Made by a program: the position numbers and the translations under genes. A model generated the notes under the pieces. It was given only the letters and a program-made list of their open reading frames with translations, searched no databases and had not been told where the DNA came from. A DNA stretch of 63,300 bases, counting the filler, from Perkinsus chesapeaki ATCC PRA-425 (taxonomy: Eukaryota; Protista; Perkinsozoa): the NCBI GenBank assembly GCA_013115145.1. It is 14 parts of 14 records of this genome, joined end to end, with 100 filler letters (N's around TTAATTAATTAA, not from the genome) between each part and the next. Parts side by side here need not be neighbours in the genome. Positions count along the whole stretch, not along the records: positions 22,139 to 36,766 come from JAAPAO010000745.1; positions 36,867 to 43,560 come from JAAPAO010001066.1; 12 more parts are not named here. The stretch is one strand, 5' to 3'. How positions within the stretch are numbered: the first letter of the stretch is position 1; every line of letters starts with the position of its first letter. Positions 26,801 to 42,800 of the stretch are shown here, piece by piece.

Positions 26801-27143
26801 AATTGGGGAGGATGAACTCGAACAAAATGTGGAAATAGTGACTATAGATATTCCGTCCCGAGAACCGTCGAACCGGAGGTAAGCGGAAGAATTAAACGTT
26901 CATCTCCAGTTCAACACGAACCGTACAAGCATGCCAATTCGTGTGCACGCGTGCGCTATTACTTGCATACATATCATTCCCTCCCCCCACAAGCCCCTTC
27001 TACTCCACCACAGCCCGGGTTACCTTACAAACTTCAGGCCCTCCAAAACCAGTCCAATAGAATGCATCCATCTCCTTCGGTAAAGATGGACGCTCCGTCA
27101 CAGTCTCACCCTCAATTGCATGATCATCCGTCTCTGTTGGCAT
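23834..27143 (-). CDS. MDR-family (quinone oxidoreductase-like) NADPH oxidoreductase, multi-exon, with acidic C-terminal tail
   Basis: Exon motifs EMDAFYWTGFGGPEV, VHYASLNPAD, GFDFSGDV, AAAVPLVGITA, VLVTGGSGGVGSIAIQL and GRTKGKVLVE, separated by GT-AG introns. Confidence 0.85.
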
Positions 27144-27527
27144 TCTTTAAACAATCTTGTCAAAGCGTGCAGGAAAGTTCTGCGGTTTTTCGCTTGGAAC
27201 CGTTTCGTTCTCGAGTTCAATACAGCGCCGTGTATCACAGACGTTGAAAAGGAAAGAAAATTCCCGACAATTTTTTTCACTCAAGGCGGTCCAGTCTGCC
27301 AGATTCGTGAAATCTCCCGGATACTCCCAAGATGAGCTCAACTCGCCAGCACGTCAAGGAAACCCAAAATATATGGGGACGACAAGAACAACAAGTGGGA
27401 CACTTGCACAAAGGTATTTCGGAAAGATGACAAATCGGTTGCTACAATAATGTGTTGCTTCGCTCCGCTAGACAAAAGCAGTATAAGAACTAGTAACCAT
27501 AGAAACATTGTCGAGTGAGGAGCTCCT

Positions 27528-30500
27528 CTACTGTTTGTACTCCTTGTCAACTTCAACAGTACGATTCTCGATCCATTCGAACATATCGTCGAAAACCTGA
27601 TAACACTCATGACGATTTCCAATTGATATGATGTGATGATGACTTTTTGAGATTCCTCTGGCTCCTGCATTCCGGTAATGTAATGCCTCAAACCGGGATA
27701 AAGGCAAACTCTGGACTCGCTCTTGGCAGGTGATTCGTTGTATCTGATGAGCACTGTATTCAGATCAAGTGGCATACTAATCAATCAGAGACAGGTTAAA
27801 TTATCAGTCATAATTACCATTAGTGACTATTGGCTAGTTAGCTTTTACTACTAATAAGATATTAGTAGTACTAACATGACTATATAGTTAATTTTCGATA
27901 TATCCGGTACTAGTTAGAACGTGTTGCTCAATTAGCATTCCTGTTAATAACAACTATACTCACACCACCACCACCACCACCCCAAGCCAAGCATAAAGAC
28001 TCAAGCTTTGAGAACCAGGAAGCCGTACTTGATGATGATGATGATGATGATGATGCGCAGTATGTTTTCAACCTATTAATACTAAGCGTGTTATGCATTC
28101 CTAAGTACATCCAATTTTACACTAAAATTGGGCCTTCTACTCCTACTTGTGATCTGAATACTTCTACTGCTACACGGTTGACAAATTTATGAGATACAGC
28201 AAAGCGAACTACTGTCTCAATAGCTACCACATTTCCCCTCCTTACAGTTCGACATCGGCCTGTGGATCGGTAATCTCATCAGCTGCTCCATGACAGATGA
28301 TGAAAGGGGTCGTCACAGACTTGAAATTACCACTCACGAAATCCTGACGGGTGAGACCATTCCACACTAACTCCACATGCAACATCGCGTTGGTTATTCA
28401 ATCACACGCCCAGAGCCTTCCAAACACTCAAGTTCGCCGCTACATCATTTCAGTATCATTATTATCCTCTCCTAGTAATTCCGGTAGTAAGCAGTAATCA
28501 CTATATCTCGCTCGACTAGGAAGTGTATGTCAGCTGCAACGATAAGCCTTCTTTTATACTTGAGGTATGGTAGTATTACTAATTTTGTATCACTAATACA
28601 AAATTTTACTACTTCAGTAGCATTACAATTAGTTCTACGATTGAGAAATCTATTTTGTGTACTTAAAAATTTAGCCCATATTGATTTCCGTATCCGAGAA
28701 ATCATTTGAAGTATATAACCCACTGTGCGTTACTCACACAATTCCTGTCTATCGCACAATTGTGCGACATTGTATTGTCCAGCTTTATTTACTCACTCTC
28801 TTCACTGCCCTATCTTGTGACTCGGTATGAGCCCAATCTATAATTGCTGTGTTACGATGCGATACGACTAAGATGCCTCTAGCGAGATAGTTCACCATAT
28901 TCTTGAGATAGATTACTGAATGGTATAATACACAACTACACTATAAGCCCTTCTATCCAACAACCACACACACAGAGCCATATATATGGATGTGGCCCCT
29001 AACTACCTGCCCTTGCAACAGGCTCAGTGCGGTGCACAAACGGGGTCTTCCACGATAGGCCAGAATGTTGTATTTGGCCGAGTAGTGATGAGCATCCTTG
29101 TGATGATACATGATAGCTCCAAGATTCTTAGTAGGCACCTTAAAAGCATACATTAATACCTTCATATCAGATCGACCAGCCTACCACAGGAGCCTTGGGG
29201 AAGAGCTTGGCAAGCCCGCGAAGGAGCTCTTCAACAATCCAGGATGGATGCATGCTTTGAGGTATCTATCAACCAAGACTTTTCAAACGTGATCGTGTTC
29301 GAATGTTTTCTTTATAATTTTTGGCAAGAGCACGGCCAGAGATTCATCTACCATTCGCGAAATCGTTTCTTCCCGACGATTGGGAAATTTTACCCGATCA
29401 AAAAAGCAGCCGCACTGTTCCATAAAATACCACAATGAACTTAGACTTTTATCGCTTCCAAGCCTCAACAGGTTTGTCACCCTCCTCATTAGCCACATTC
29501 GTCATCATAACCCTTGATCCTGCGTGCCTCATCAGCTTTAATTGTTTATTTTCTCCCCCTTTCCCCCGCAGACTACCTTGAGCATCGGACTCTGCATGAT
29601 GAGACCGTCAAATAACGTCGGATGAAGAATCGACAAGGACGTGACCAAGCAGCCTCCCATGGAGTGACCGTAGCCGTAGAAGGGCAGATGCACGCTGCGA
29701 TCTGCTAAGGACGGCACAAACTGGCCAAGAATCTGAGTCATGGAAAACAAACATTTCACGGATGTTCTCAGCATCTGGTGGTGTTATGAACCATGCAAGC
29801 AAAGCGAGGATGATGACGATGACGCTTTTAATGCATCAGTGAAACAGGGGTCATGATGAGCGAGTCCGATTTATATCGTCTAGTGCAGCGAGATACTGTA
29901 TTTAACATGATTCTATTCACGAGATTTTATCACAACCTCCGGAGACAGCGACACAAGGCCACTAAGTGACGATGATTCCAGCAAGGACGGTCACGGGTTC
30001 GAATCTCCCGCACCGCACTTATTACAAATTCATCAATAAATTCCTTAGCCAATTGACAGTACTTGAACCAGTCGTCAATGTAAGCCTGGAGGCCATCCGA
30101 ACGCCCCGAGCTAATCTGAAACGGGGGACGAATTCCAACTGCTGCTCCCGAGGAGACTGGCCTACTTGGTCGAACAGCACGCATGCGTACTTCTCTTTCT
30201 CGCAGAACATCCGTGCATCGTTGAACATATGGAAGCCGGAATGATCAGCGTAACCGTGGCAAAGAACTATGACACCTTTGGGCTCATCAACATCGGTCGG
30301 GACAAAGGTCCTGAACGGAAGAAGACATCTATTGAAGATTTAGGAAAGTATAATAACTAGATATCTTTCCGAGTCCAACCGTTTACTCCCAGGAATCAGG
30401 ATATACCACAGCACGCCCAATGAGCCCAATGAGCAGGGTTCGTATAAACTCCATACTGAGCGCTCTCAAGAACGTCCGAAATTCCAAGGTTGCCCGACGC

Positions 30501-31134
30501 TCGCCCCGAGACCGTACTACTCCCAGAATATCTTATCTCCAGTAGATTTGAGAGGGAATAGTCCAGCATCACCTTTGAAGGGAGAATCAGGACCGACATC
30601 AGGTAGTAAACCTAAAAGATATATATCACAGCCACAAAATTTACGATTTCCCCCGCCCCCAGTGGGAAGCATGACTGGCGTGCCTTTATAACTACATAAC
30701 CTCGCGCACGGAGTTTAGTGCTGATTTCGATTTTCCTCCGCCTCAGAATCGAAGTCCCGACGACTTCACAATGCAGACCTAATTCCTGCATGCCAAAACA
30801 CACTCCACGCACTTGCTCCGGTAACTCCACAACTTCGTAACTTATCCGGACTTGCGACTGGTAATTTCCTCACCGAATGCCGAAATATAGACGAGGATCG
30901 CCGACACTTCGCGGAGAGCCTCCTCAACTTTTTCCTCTCCAGCCACTTATTACCTTGCAACGCATGAGGATGAGCGTTGAACTTAGCCGGGACCATTTTG
31001 CGTCTCATATCACCGGTTTTGTAGGGAGCTATTTTTTTATAGAAGTGATCATAGACGTACTTCTCCAACAGCACCGCCAATCCCAGGAGAACTGTGATAG
31101 CGACGAGCTGAACAAAGATATCATCTCCGCACAT
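27528..31134 (-). CDS. Alpha/beta hydrolase (monoacylglycerol lipase/lysophospholipase-like) with probable N-terminal membrane anchor, multi-exon
   Basis: VLCHGYADH, nucleophile GHSMGG, PFIICHGAADEITDP (Asp), LYPGLRH (His) and VFDDMFEWIE. The start exon is inferred. Confidence 0.85.
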
Positions 31135-31732
31135 GCTTCGGTAGCTGAGCCTTCATATTCCAAACCGGCGGAAAAAGATTGGAAAATTTACTCTATGCAC
31201 TTTCCCCTATATTGATACGGCTCAGCCGTCCTACTTTAGGCATGCAATAACACGCCGAATAGGCATCACAATCACACTACAATCGAGCCCAAACATTGAC
31301 AATGGGAGAGTCCATCCCAGCAGCGGCGGTTGCGGCGGCGCGTGTGAGAGTTGTCCTAATTGAATGCCGTTAGCTAACTACTTACCCAAGTTGAGTCGGT
31401 TTGAGGAGCTTCAAGAAGAGACATATAGGAATAAGATACAAATAGCAGCTGCAGTAAAAATAACAACTACTTTCACATTGTGCCAACATAAAGATATCAC
31501 AGCAAACACTGCTGCTTCTCCCGTACGTCGACTCGTGCACGTTCGACAATGAAAAGATACGCTTATAAGGTTGAATCTGCCGCCGTATCTCTCATCCTCG
31601 AGCACATTTCCCACCAACTCAAATCAGCTGAAATCTCCAGGAAACGAAAAATCTAAAAAAATTCCACCACCCATGAAAGCTACGTTGCTAATAGACGCGC
31701 GTTGAGCGGCGCCTCAGAAATAAATACTAATC

Positions 31733-34086
<2,354 letters not shown>

Positions 34087-34209
34087 TCAACTTTAAGATC
34101 AAGTGAATGGTCAATACAGATACGAAAAATATTGCGAACTATCGAGTGAACAAGAAAATATCTTTGTAGATCGCGCCCGCCCAAAATCGAAAACCCCGCG
34201 AGGCCTGTG

Positions 34210-34231
34210 TTAGCCACTGGCTAATAGCCAG
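34210..34231. repeat. 7-8-7 scar
   Basis: TTAGCCA|CTGGCTAA|TAGCCAG. Confidence 0.9.
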
Positions 34232-34713
34232 GGTTCACCAAATGGGGAATATTTTCGTGAAGTCCGTTCCCGTGGGCATTCCCATGCGAATCCCCAGGGG
34301 AATTCCCCGGGAATCGAAAACCGTTTCATTTTTTCTAAAGCGCGCTTCGCGCGCGCCCCACATTTTGTTTACGAATGCAGGCATGTGGCATGATTATAAT
34401 TTTATACACAGATGAGCATGGACCGCAGATAGCCCGTGGTTGACAGGGTTAACTTAACCCTTTTCGAAGGCTCTCACGGTCTTTAACTATAATTTCTAGC
34501 TTAGAGTCACAGTCCCACTTGTTGATGCCCAGACTACTGCTTGATCCAATGAGCAATCCGAATATAGTCATCCTTTTTCAACTTTACAATGTCAAGTCCG
34601 ATTACTCTCTGCCAAAACGTTTTATCGCCTGTGCCGAGTATTTTGCGGGTATTTTTGTTCCAGAGACACTTCCGTGAACTTTTTTGATGATAGAACACAT
34701 GTAATATAATACA

Positions 34714-34735
34714 CTTAGCTTAGCTAAGTTAGCTA
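34714..34735. repeat. 7-8-7 scar
   Basis: CTTAGCT|TAGCTAAG|TTAGCTA. Confidence 0.85.
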
Positions 34736-35486
34736 GCTCTGACGCTTTCACAGAAATACTGAACTCCCTACCATCGAGGGTTGATAATAAAGATATCACG
34801 AGAATCCACCATCCCGGTAGTTTTGCGAGCAGTGCTTTAACCTTTCTTCGGAGGCCGACAGTCACGAGTGGATATGCCTATCGTACATGATGCGACCTGG
34901 AACGTACCAGGAAGAAGCAAGAAGCCGAAGTCTACGCCTATTTCAGCACTCCAGCCCTTCTCGCACAAAATAGCTTCTTGAATGTACTGACCATGGACGT
35001 CACGTACGGGGTCTACTTTGTGCCAGTCGGATGCCTGGTGGACCACCAGTGGTGGTGGGCATGATCCGATAACCAGCTCGCTTCTGCCCTATCGCCGTAG
35101 GCTTCTCGTTATGAGAAGGCCTAGTATCCGTGAAATCATGTGTGGTTAGAATCCAGGAGGCTTGCTGCCGCTTGTCTCTCCCCTTCGCGCCTTCTGTTCC
35201 GGTATTTACGAGAGTTTGTCGAGAAGTAGGTTAGTTAAAATTAGAATGGCCAGCAGACCCGGACATGATATCAGCCTAATATGGTAGAGTCTACCACGGA
35301 AACAGTCGCTTCCGTCTACCAGGTAGACGGAAGCGACTGTTTCCGTGCTGTGAAGTCCTCCGAGCGAAAGAAAGAATGCGCAGTTCCCTCGCGACACAAA
35401 GTCGCGGCGCGCGCCCACAGCTATGCGGCAAGCGCCAACACAGCGTCGCTGTGACAGAGAGGAAAAAAGAAGTTCAGGGTTGACGG

Positions 35487-36254
35487 CAGAGCTCTGCAAA
35501 TGTCGGGTTCGGGACCCGAACAACAGGCCCGATCCCTGAAAATCCCTGAAAACGAATCATGCCCAGCCTTCAATAACTGAAGCTCGCCAGTAGCTGTTGG
35601 CGTATTGTTTGTCATGTGGGAAGCTTTTAGCAGGGCGAGTAGTGTCACAATTATCACTAGTAACTACTAGTAATTTACTAGATAATTTCGTGCTAGCTGT
35701 GGATATTCTCGTTAGTGAAATACTTCGGGCTCAGCTATATCATATAGCCTGTGCCACAGGCCCTGTGGCATGACTCATGCCTACGATATCACCATTTATG
35801 GTATCGCGCTGTTAATCATGTCGATAATAGACTTTGTATGCAAGCATGCTTCAGAGAAACCATTATCTAAACTGTGTTTTGTTTGAAGTCAGCGTCGGCT
35901 CGAAGGTGTTAAGTAAGAAGTCGCCGGCGTCGTCGGGTTACTCAACACTTACAGTAATATGGGAGCTCGTCATTAGACTTATTATTGAAGGAGCGACATC
36001 ATGTCACTGACATACGGTATGTCACATACCTGAAACGTATCCCCATATTCCCAGTGTGACTCCTACACATAGTAAGAGGCACTGAGTGTAGTACACTCCA
36101 TACAGCATACGCAAGCAGCACACGTCTCGCAAAGTGAGTCACTGTCAGTCACTACAACTCGGGTTTTGATCGGGTCCCGATCGGGTCCCGATGAAAACCC
36201 GCAGAGCCGTAGCCAAGGCCCGAAACCCGAACGGGCTCAGCTTGCAGAGCTCTG
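35487..36254. mobile_element. Non-autonomous hAT element (MITE), 768 bp
   Basis: Perfect 13-bp TIRs CAGAGCTCTGCAA (35487-35499 and 36242-36254). Identical 8-bp flanks GTTGACGG (35479-35486 and 36255-36262). CGGGT/CCCGA subterminal repeats at both ends. Confidence 0.9.
35747..35768. repeat. 7-8-7 scar inside the MITE
   Basis: GCCTGTG|CCACAGGC|CCTGTGG. Confidence 0.9.
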
Positions 36255-36706
36255 GTTGACGGGTGCCTCGTACCGCACCAAAATAACAATTACCTCGATA
36301 GAGTCCATACCGTGTTTTACACACGTGCTGGATAAGTTATCTCTATCGATCATGGTCTTGTTTAAGACTGTGTCTACGGTTTTTCTTGGTGCTTACTGCC
36401 ATACTATTCTGCTAGTATGAACGTTCTTTTCAAGACCGTTAAGGTAGTACCTCGGAAATCACCTGACGGTGATGATTGGCGATTATCCCGTAGGTTACTG
36501 TTACTATATATATAACTGGACATTGGATGAGTCTCTTCCAGTTTGATTATTCGTCACCCATGGACCCCTCCCTACTCGAAGAGATTATTACGGGCGTGAT
36601 CCGGGCAATTCTGCTGCCGTACTAATTCATATACTCGAGTAGAAGTAGCGTTCAGGTGCGAACTGGCATGAAGTTGCCCAGAACAGCGGCGTCAAAAAGT
36701 CTACAG

Positions 36707-36728
36707 CCTACAAGTTGTAGGCTACAAC
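36707..36728. repeat. 7-8-7 scar
   Basis: CCTACAA|GTTGTAGG|CTACAAC. Confidence 0.9.
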
Positions 36729-36866
36729 TGGGTTAGAAAAGCCATTAATGACGAGGAGCTCGAGAANNNNNNNNNNNNNNNNNNNNNNNNNNNNNNNNNN
36801 NNNNNNNNNNTTAATTAATTAANNNNNNNNNNNNNNNNNNNNNNNNNNNNNNNNNNNNNNNNNNNN

Positions 36867-39800
36867 ACAGGTAGGTCACTCTCTTCGACTCATATATACT
36901 TTTTTCTTTCAGCAGTCACAGGCGCCCATACCACCAGTAGCGCCTCCTGCTTATCCTCCTCCATCTTCCGAGCCTACACCACCTGCGCCACAGCAGGTAA
37001 GGTTCATTGCTTTGATGATTTTATATTGATTGTAGGCTACTCCTCCACCACCACCGCCGCCACCACCACCTGCTTCCCCTCCGCCTCATGCTCCCACCAC
37101 AGCATCAGGGGTAAAGCATCGTGCGAAGTGCCCAGTCTGTGCAAAGTTTTTGACCAAGGCTGGGATATGCAATGCTTGCATTGCTCGCAACGTGAGTCTC
37201 TCGCATAAACACAATTGATTAGAATATCCGTTTCTCTAGCGAGCAGCGCCTCCTCCGCCTCCGCCACCTTCATCCCCTCCCCTACATAATCCTAGTCTAT
37301 CATCAGCTACCTCACCTGCCCCGGACCTAAATGTAAGTTCATTATACCCTGATAGCGTATTATACTCTTCTCCAGATACCTGATCCGGTTATGCCACCAC
37401 CACTATCACCTATACCACTATCACCTATACCATCATCACCACCACCATCATCACCATCATCGTCATCGTCGTCTTCCTCCGAAGATGGATCGGAGAGGCG
37501 TGTAGCCGGTGAGAGGGATGACGCGATGGATACGGGTTCGGATAGTTCGGAATCTGACGTAGAATTAGAGCCGTGTTGTGCTTCGTGTCTTTGTCGCATA
37601 GAAGTAGTCCGATTTTCGTCTAATACTTTACGGGACAGGAAATTCTCGCAGGTGGCAATTCGTAGAGGTGTAGTCGCAGAAATTGATTTATGTCGGGCAT
37701 GCGCTTTTTATATGTGTAAGGGAGATGGGCCAGTCAACAATCACGGTGGGAACGTAGAAATTCCGCATCATGATGATGCTAGTAGTGACGATGCTAGTAG
37801 TGCAGCTGCTTCTGAAAATTCGGAGGATGCTGCTGCGCAACGTCGCCTTAGTAATAAGTATTTGAAATGGCGTTTCGGATGGAGAGCGTTCCTTACTGAT
37901 TTTATTTTGGTATCTAATAATATTAGGGATCTACAACGGCGTTTAGCTTACATCCCACAAACTTATTCAGATCTGTGGGGTGCTCAGTTTTTACAAAAGT
38001 TAGCTGGGAGAAATAGGATATCTGCAGGACAGTTTCACAATGCCCTGCAGACTGTAAAACGTAAGGTCCAGGATATCACTTGTGATATCCAAAACTTTAA
38101 TAACCATATCGGTAGCGGGAAGTTAGCCGACCTTAAAGCTGCACTGAATTACACCGCAGTGGCTTCTACCCGCTGCCCGTTCGGGTGCACAGAATACATA
38201 GATAAAGTAGGCTCCGTATCTTATAATCACTTTCTTCGGTGGGCTTTTTCGGATGTCACGGCATTCAGAGCNNNNNNNNNNNNNNNNNNNNNNNNNNNNN
38301 NNNNNNNNNNNNNNNNNNNNNNNNNNNNNNNNNNNNNNNNNNNNNNNNNNNNNNNNNNNNNNNNNNNNNNTAATGCTGATCTTCATCTTAAGGGGGCTAG
38401 AGCTGATTTCACTGAGCCAGTAGAGGAATACGGGTGGATTGTAATGCCTTCAGTGCGTATCACTGAGAACATGGGTTTAGTGTTATGTACATGCGCTAAC
38501 CATGATAAAGGCACTTCAATGTCCTACATTCATCCACCCAAGAATCCTCACGGCACATTGCCAAGTCCTTACAGTGATCAGCTTTCCCCACTTATTTTCG
38601 CTCCTAAACCTTTTCGCGGTATGAAAGCTAAGTATGCCTCTCATACTTGGCAAATGCGTACCGTTCAAGGTGGATTTGGGGGTCTTTCCTCTTTTTCTGT
38701 TACTACGCAGCCAAAATGGGATCTCAAACCGTCACACCATGTCGACTTGGAAGCTTTGTATTTAGAGGGTCGTCCAGACGTTGACGCTTTTGTAACGTCT
38801 AACTATTCTAAAAATCCACTTGCTCAGCCAAGGCTTGATGGACTTACAAGGGTCAAAACACCTAACACTGCCGCTAAGAAGGAAGCTTTGGCGGGAGCAA
38901 CATTCGTCTCTCTTCATGACTCTATCAATTTACTACATAGCATGAAGCACAAAGTGTCGGTCGTAGTAGAAGAACAGAATCAAGGAAATCAACCACAACA
39001 GCAGGAGCAACAACAACAACAGCAACAAGATATGCCACCTGAAATAGATAATGAGGATATTGACGAGAATCCTCAAGATGAACAAAATAACGTAGCAGCA
39101 CAGGCTCAAGAGGAACCTAATCGCCGTAATGTAACGTGGCCGCTTGCATATGCGAACGCCCAAGTTTGCGACTCGCACGGCCTTGTTCCGAGGACAATCA
39201 ATCAATTTTCGGGCAAGTTTGTTCCTCTCCTCTGGATCTTCATCCGCCTTTTCTCTGCCTTCCCCGTATTGTGGCACAACTTCGCACTTGCTGAGGCCAC
39301 TGACTGTGATGATGAGGAAGAAGTACTCAACGTTAGGGTAGCCAAAGCGTATTTATCAACTTTTATTCCTGGTGCTATTTCTTCCGACCGTACACTTCGC
39401 GCTGGGGCTCACAGAGCTAATCCCATCACTGTGCAAGACACTATGCTATCCAGGTCCCAAACTATACACGGCCTAATATCCAATCCCCAAGAGGATGCAT
39501 CTTCGAAGGACACATCCGTATTATTATGCCGTTTCCTTAAAACACTGCCGAATACCCATGCCTGTCATGTACGTAATCGGTCAGTACTTATTGGGGAAGA
39601 TTTTATCAATGCTCGACTCCAAGAGCTTCCTGACCAAGCAGCCCAGGACAACTGTTCAGTACTGGCTATATGTACAACAGCTAGAGCAACGACTAGTAGA
39701 CGTGCTGCTGAATTAGCCCAATATATTATTACTGACAGTTCGGTTTGGGAGCTTGTGTCTATCATTGATATTGACGGCAATGCAGATAGTCCTTGGGATC

Positions 39801-42800
39801 GAGCTGGCAACCGGAACGAGGATCGACAATGGGGAGCCACATGTATGCTCCGCAACCCGGGTGAATTCTCATCATGGTTCGAGACTTCTCGTAACCCGGT
39901 TGTTAAGAAATTGGAGTCCGCAGAAGAGAGATTAACAAGTTTGCGGGGCTCGTGGCGATGTGTGATATATGTTCGCCATTCGGGAGGCCACATGCTGAAG
40001 TCCTCGTTAGACTATCTACAGTATACAGGTGGCCAGGGCACTATGGTGTGTGATAGGCATAATGCCCCACTTATAGTGTCACACCGCGTCACAAAAGATC
40101 GCCCTATCCTCAAGTGTGGATATCGTGATGCTAATGGCAATTTCACCTGTAATCGTGTAGATAAGTGGCGTTGCCCCCTTTACGACTGCGACACGTGTTT
40201 ATGCCGCATGCATAGCAAGGAGGTGATAAAGGGTGCTGCTAACGACTCGCAAATAGTTCGTGTTGGCCAGAACCCTGATCAGCCCCTTGCAGATGCTCCA
40301 GCTGGTCAGGAAGTGCCCTTAGCAGACGAAAACGAGCCAGTTGTTGATCCTCTGGGCCACTTGATAGACCAGCAGAGGGATGATGAGGGTTCAGTGTCTG
40401 ACGGGGAGCCATTGGATCTACCTGCTGCTGGGGAATTCGAGGTAGATATGCCTCTTGGAGGAGGAGAGATGGAAGATGGTAATACTGATATGCCCGCCAC
40501 AAATGCTGGTGACATCCCAGTTATGGCGGATGACGATCAGTATGGGTTGCCAGGACATATCTTATTAAACAAGCACTATGGCTTGCTCAATCGTCCTGGC
40601 AGTGTGAATTACGTTTCTGCAAAGTCTGGAGCCTTCTTCCAGCGGCTGACCGCAAGATTTGCAGGAGCGTCTATTCCACTTTTATACCCTGAGGGTATGC
40701 TTTTCCCAAGCATCTTTTGGAAGTCGTACAGAAACGGAACAGTGGTTGGCGCAATACCTCACTGTCTGTGGACTTCAAATGATGCTTGTAAGAAGGCTGG
40801 ATTTGCTAACTTATCAGACCATATCAAGACGCGTCTGACAGATCCAACCTTGTTAACCTCGACTGACCCTCGCGCTATTCAGTATTATTTCGATGCGCTG
40901 TTTAATTTACAACTGTCAAACAGTGATTCACGCATAATACTGTCGCGTGGATGGGAGCATCTGTCGAGTGATCCCTCAACCTTCCAAACCTTACAGGCTG
41001 AGGGTCGACTGCCATTCGGGGAAGCTGATTCCCGTAAGCGTGTGAATGAGCTTGCGGCAGAAATATCTCGGGAACAGCCGACATATTTCTATACTCATAG
41101 CTGTAACCAATCTGAACATTTTGGGGTTAGCCCAATCTTTCAGTGGTTACTAAACGAGTATCAAGACGCTTCCGAGGAAACTCGTAATGCCGCGATCCAA
41201 GCGGCGATGGTGCCAATCTTAAGAGCTTGGCAACGTGCGGGGACTTACCTCATGAAATATATTGAAACTTCCCCTGAACAGCCTTTAGGACCAGTGAAGA
41301 AGATCTGGTGGCGCTGGGAATTTCAAACAACAAGAGGTAACCTTCCTCATATCCATGCTCTTATATGGACCGGCGAGGACCCCGAGTCTCCTGCAGTTAG
41401 GCACAGAGTTTGCGCCAAGAAGAGCCACCTTTTCTTTGATTACCAGGAATATATTGATGCTGGTCTTATCAAAGATTATGAGGAGGTTGGCGAACTCAAG
41501 GAGCTGGCTGCTGTCATACATGAACACGAGTGCTCGAAATGTGGATATAGATGTCATAAAAAGCGCGATAGCGATGGTAGATCAATATGTCGTTTCTCTA
41601 GACGCCCTACCACTCATCGCTATAGCACTGAGACTATTCACGTTCAGCACTCTGACCAAGCACTGCACGTTTTGCAGGGTTGTGGTTTAGCAGCAGTTGG
41701 TCTCACTCCTGACGGCAGACAAGGTCTACTCCCCACAGAGGAGTTAACAGCGAAGAAGCATATGTATCCAGCAGACCCAGACACACGTTATTCTCCAATG
41801 AATGCTTGGATATTCGCAGCTGCTAAGAGTAGTGACAATCTGCAGATTTGCAGTCCAACTTTCACTGCAAACTACTTAGCCAAGTATGCTGCTGGTGAAG
41901 AGGAACGTGCCAGGGTCTTTCTTAGCGCTGGAAAGGACGAGAATACCATAAAGATACAGCAGGAAGGCATTCGTAACGTGAAGATAACAGGAGCCGCTAT
42001 AGCTGCCGAAAAGGATAAGGCGAGAGAGCGGCCAAGTACAGCAGTAGAAGGCCGTACCCTCTCGTTAACAGAGGCAGTTTGGTGGCTGCTTGACTTCCCG
42101 TATGTGGAATTGTGTTCGCATTATATTCATATTAATACAGGGTTTAAGCAGGATAGAGGGGGCGTTATCAAGCATCAGCGACAACGTGTTAGGCCCGGTG
42201 GTCAGGGTGAAGAAGTTTGGGGCATTCTTGCTCGACAAGGCCTCCATTTCCCTCCACAAAGGCAATTCACTGATGCTCAGCGCCTGACCATAGTAGATGC
42301 TGATAATAGCAATATAACAGTAGATTCTGTTTCGGTATTTAGCTCTCGTCCCCCTGAGCTTATGTTTCTAAATAGTCTAGTAGATTACTTCGAGTCTGTA
42401 GTAAGGGTGTCGATACCTAAACCTCGGCAGAATGACGGTGATGGCAATCCCATCAATCCCCAAGAAGGTTTGTTGAAGATTAACATTCCTGACTGCCCGT
42501 GGATTGATGGGTTTGATAAGCAGATCAAATTATTGCCTGCTCATCTCCATCGTGTCAAGGCATGTGCCGTAGCATACCGGGATGATGTTGCTCGGCACAG
42601 TTTTGCCCAAAGACAAGTCGCCGGTCAAGTGATTGAGCATATCCTTGACCCGTTACTTACCCAGCCTTCACAAGATTTGTTAGATCGATTCGTTTTCCAA
42701 GGTAGTCGTAAGCCGCATATCGCGGTCTTATCCAACCCTTTACCAAGGTATGCTGACCGCTTCCTCATTCACCTCGTTCTTTCGCTTGGGAGGTTTGAGT

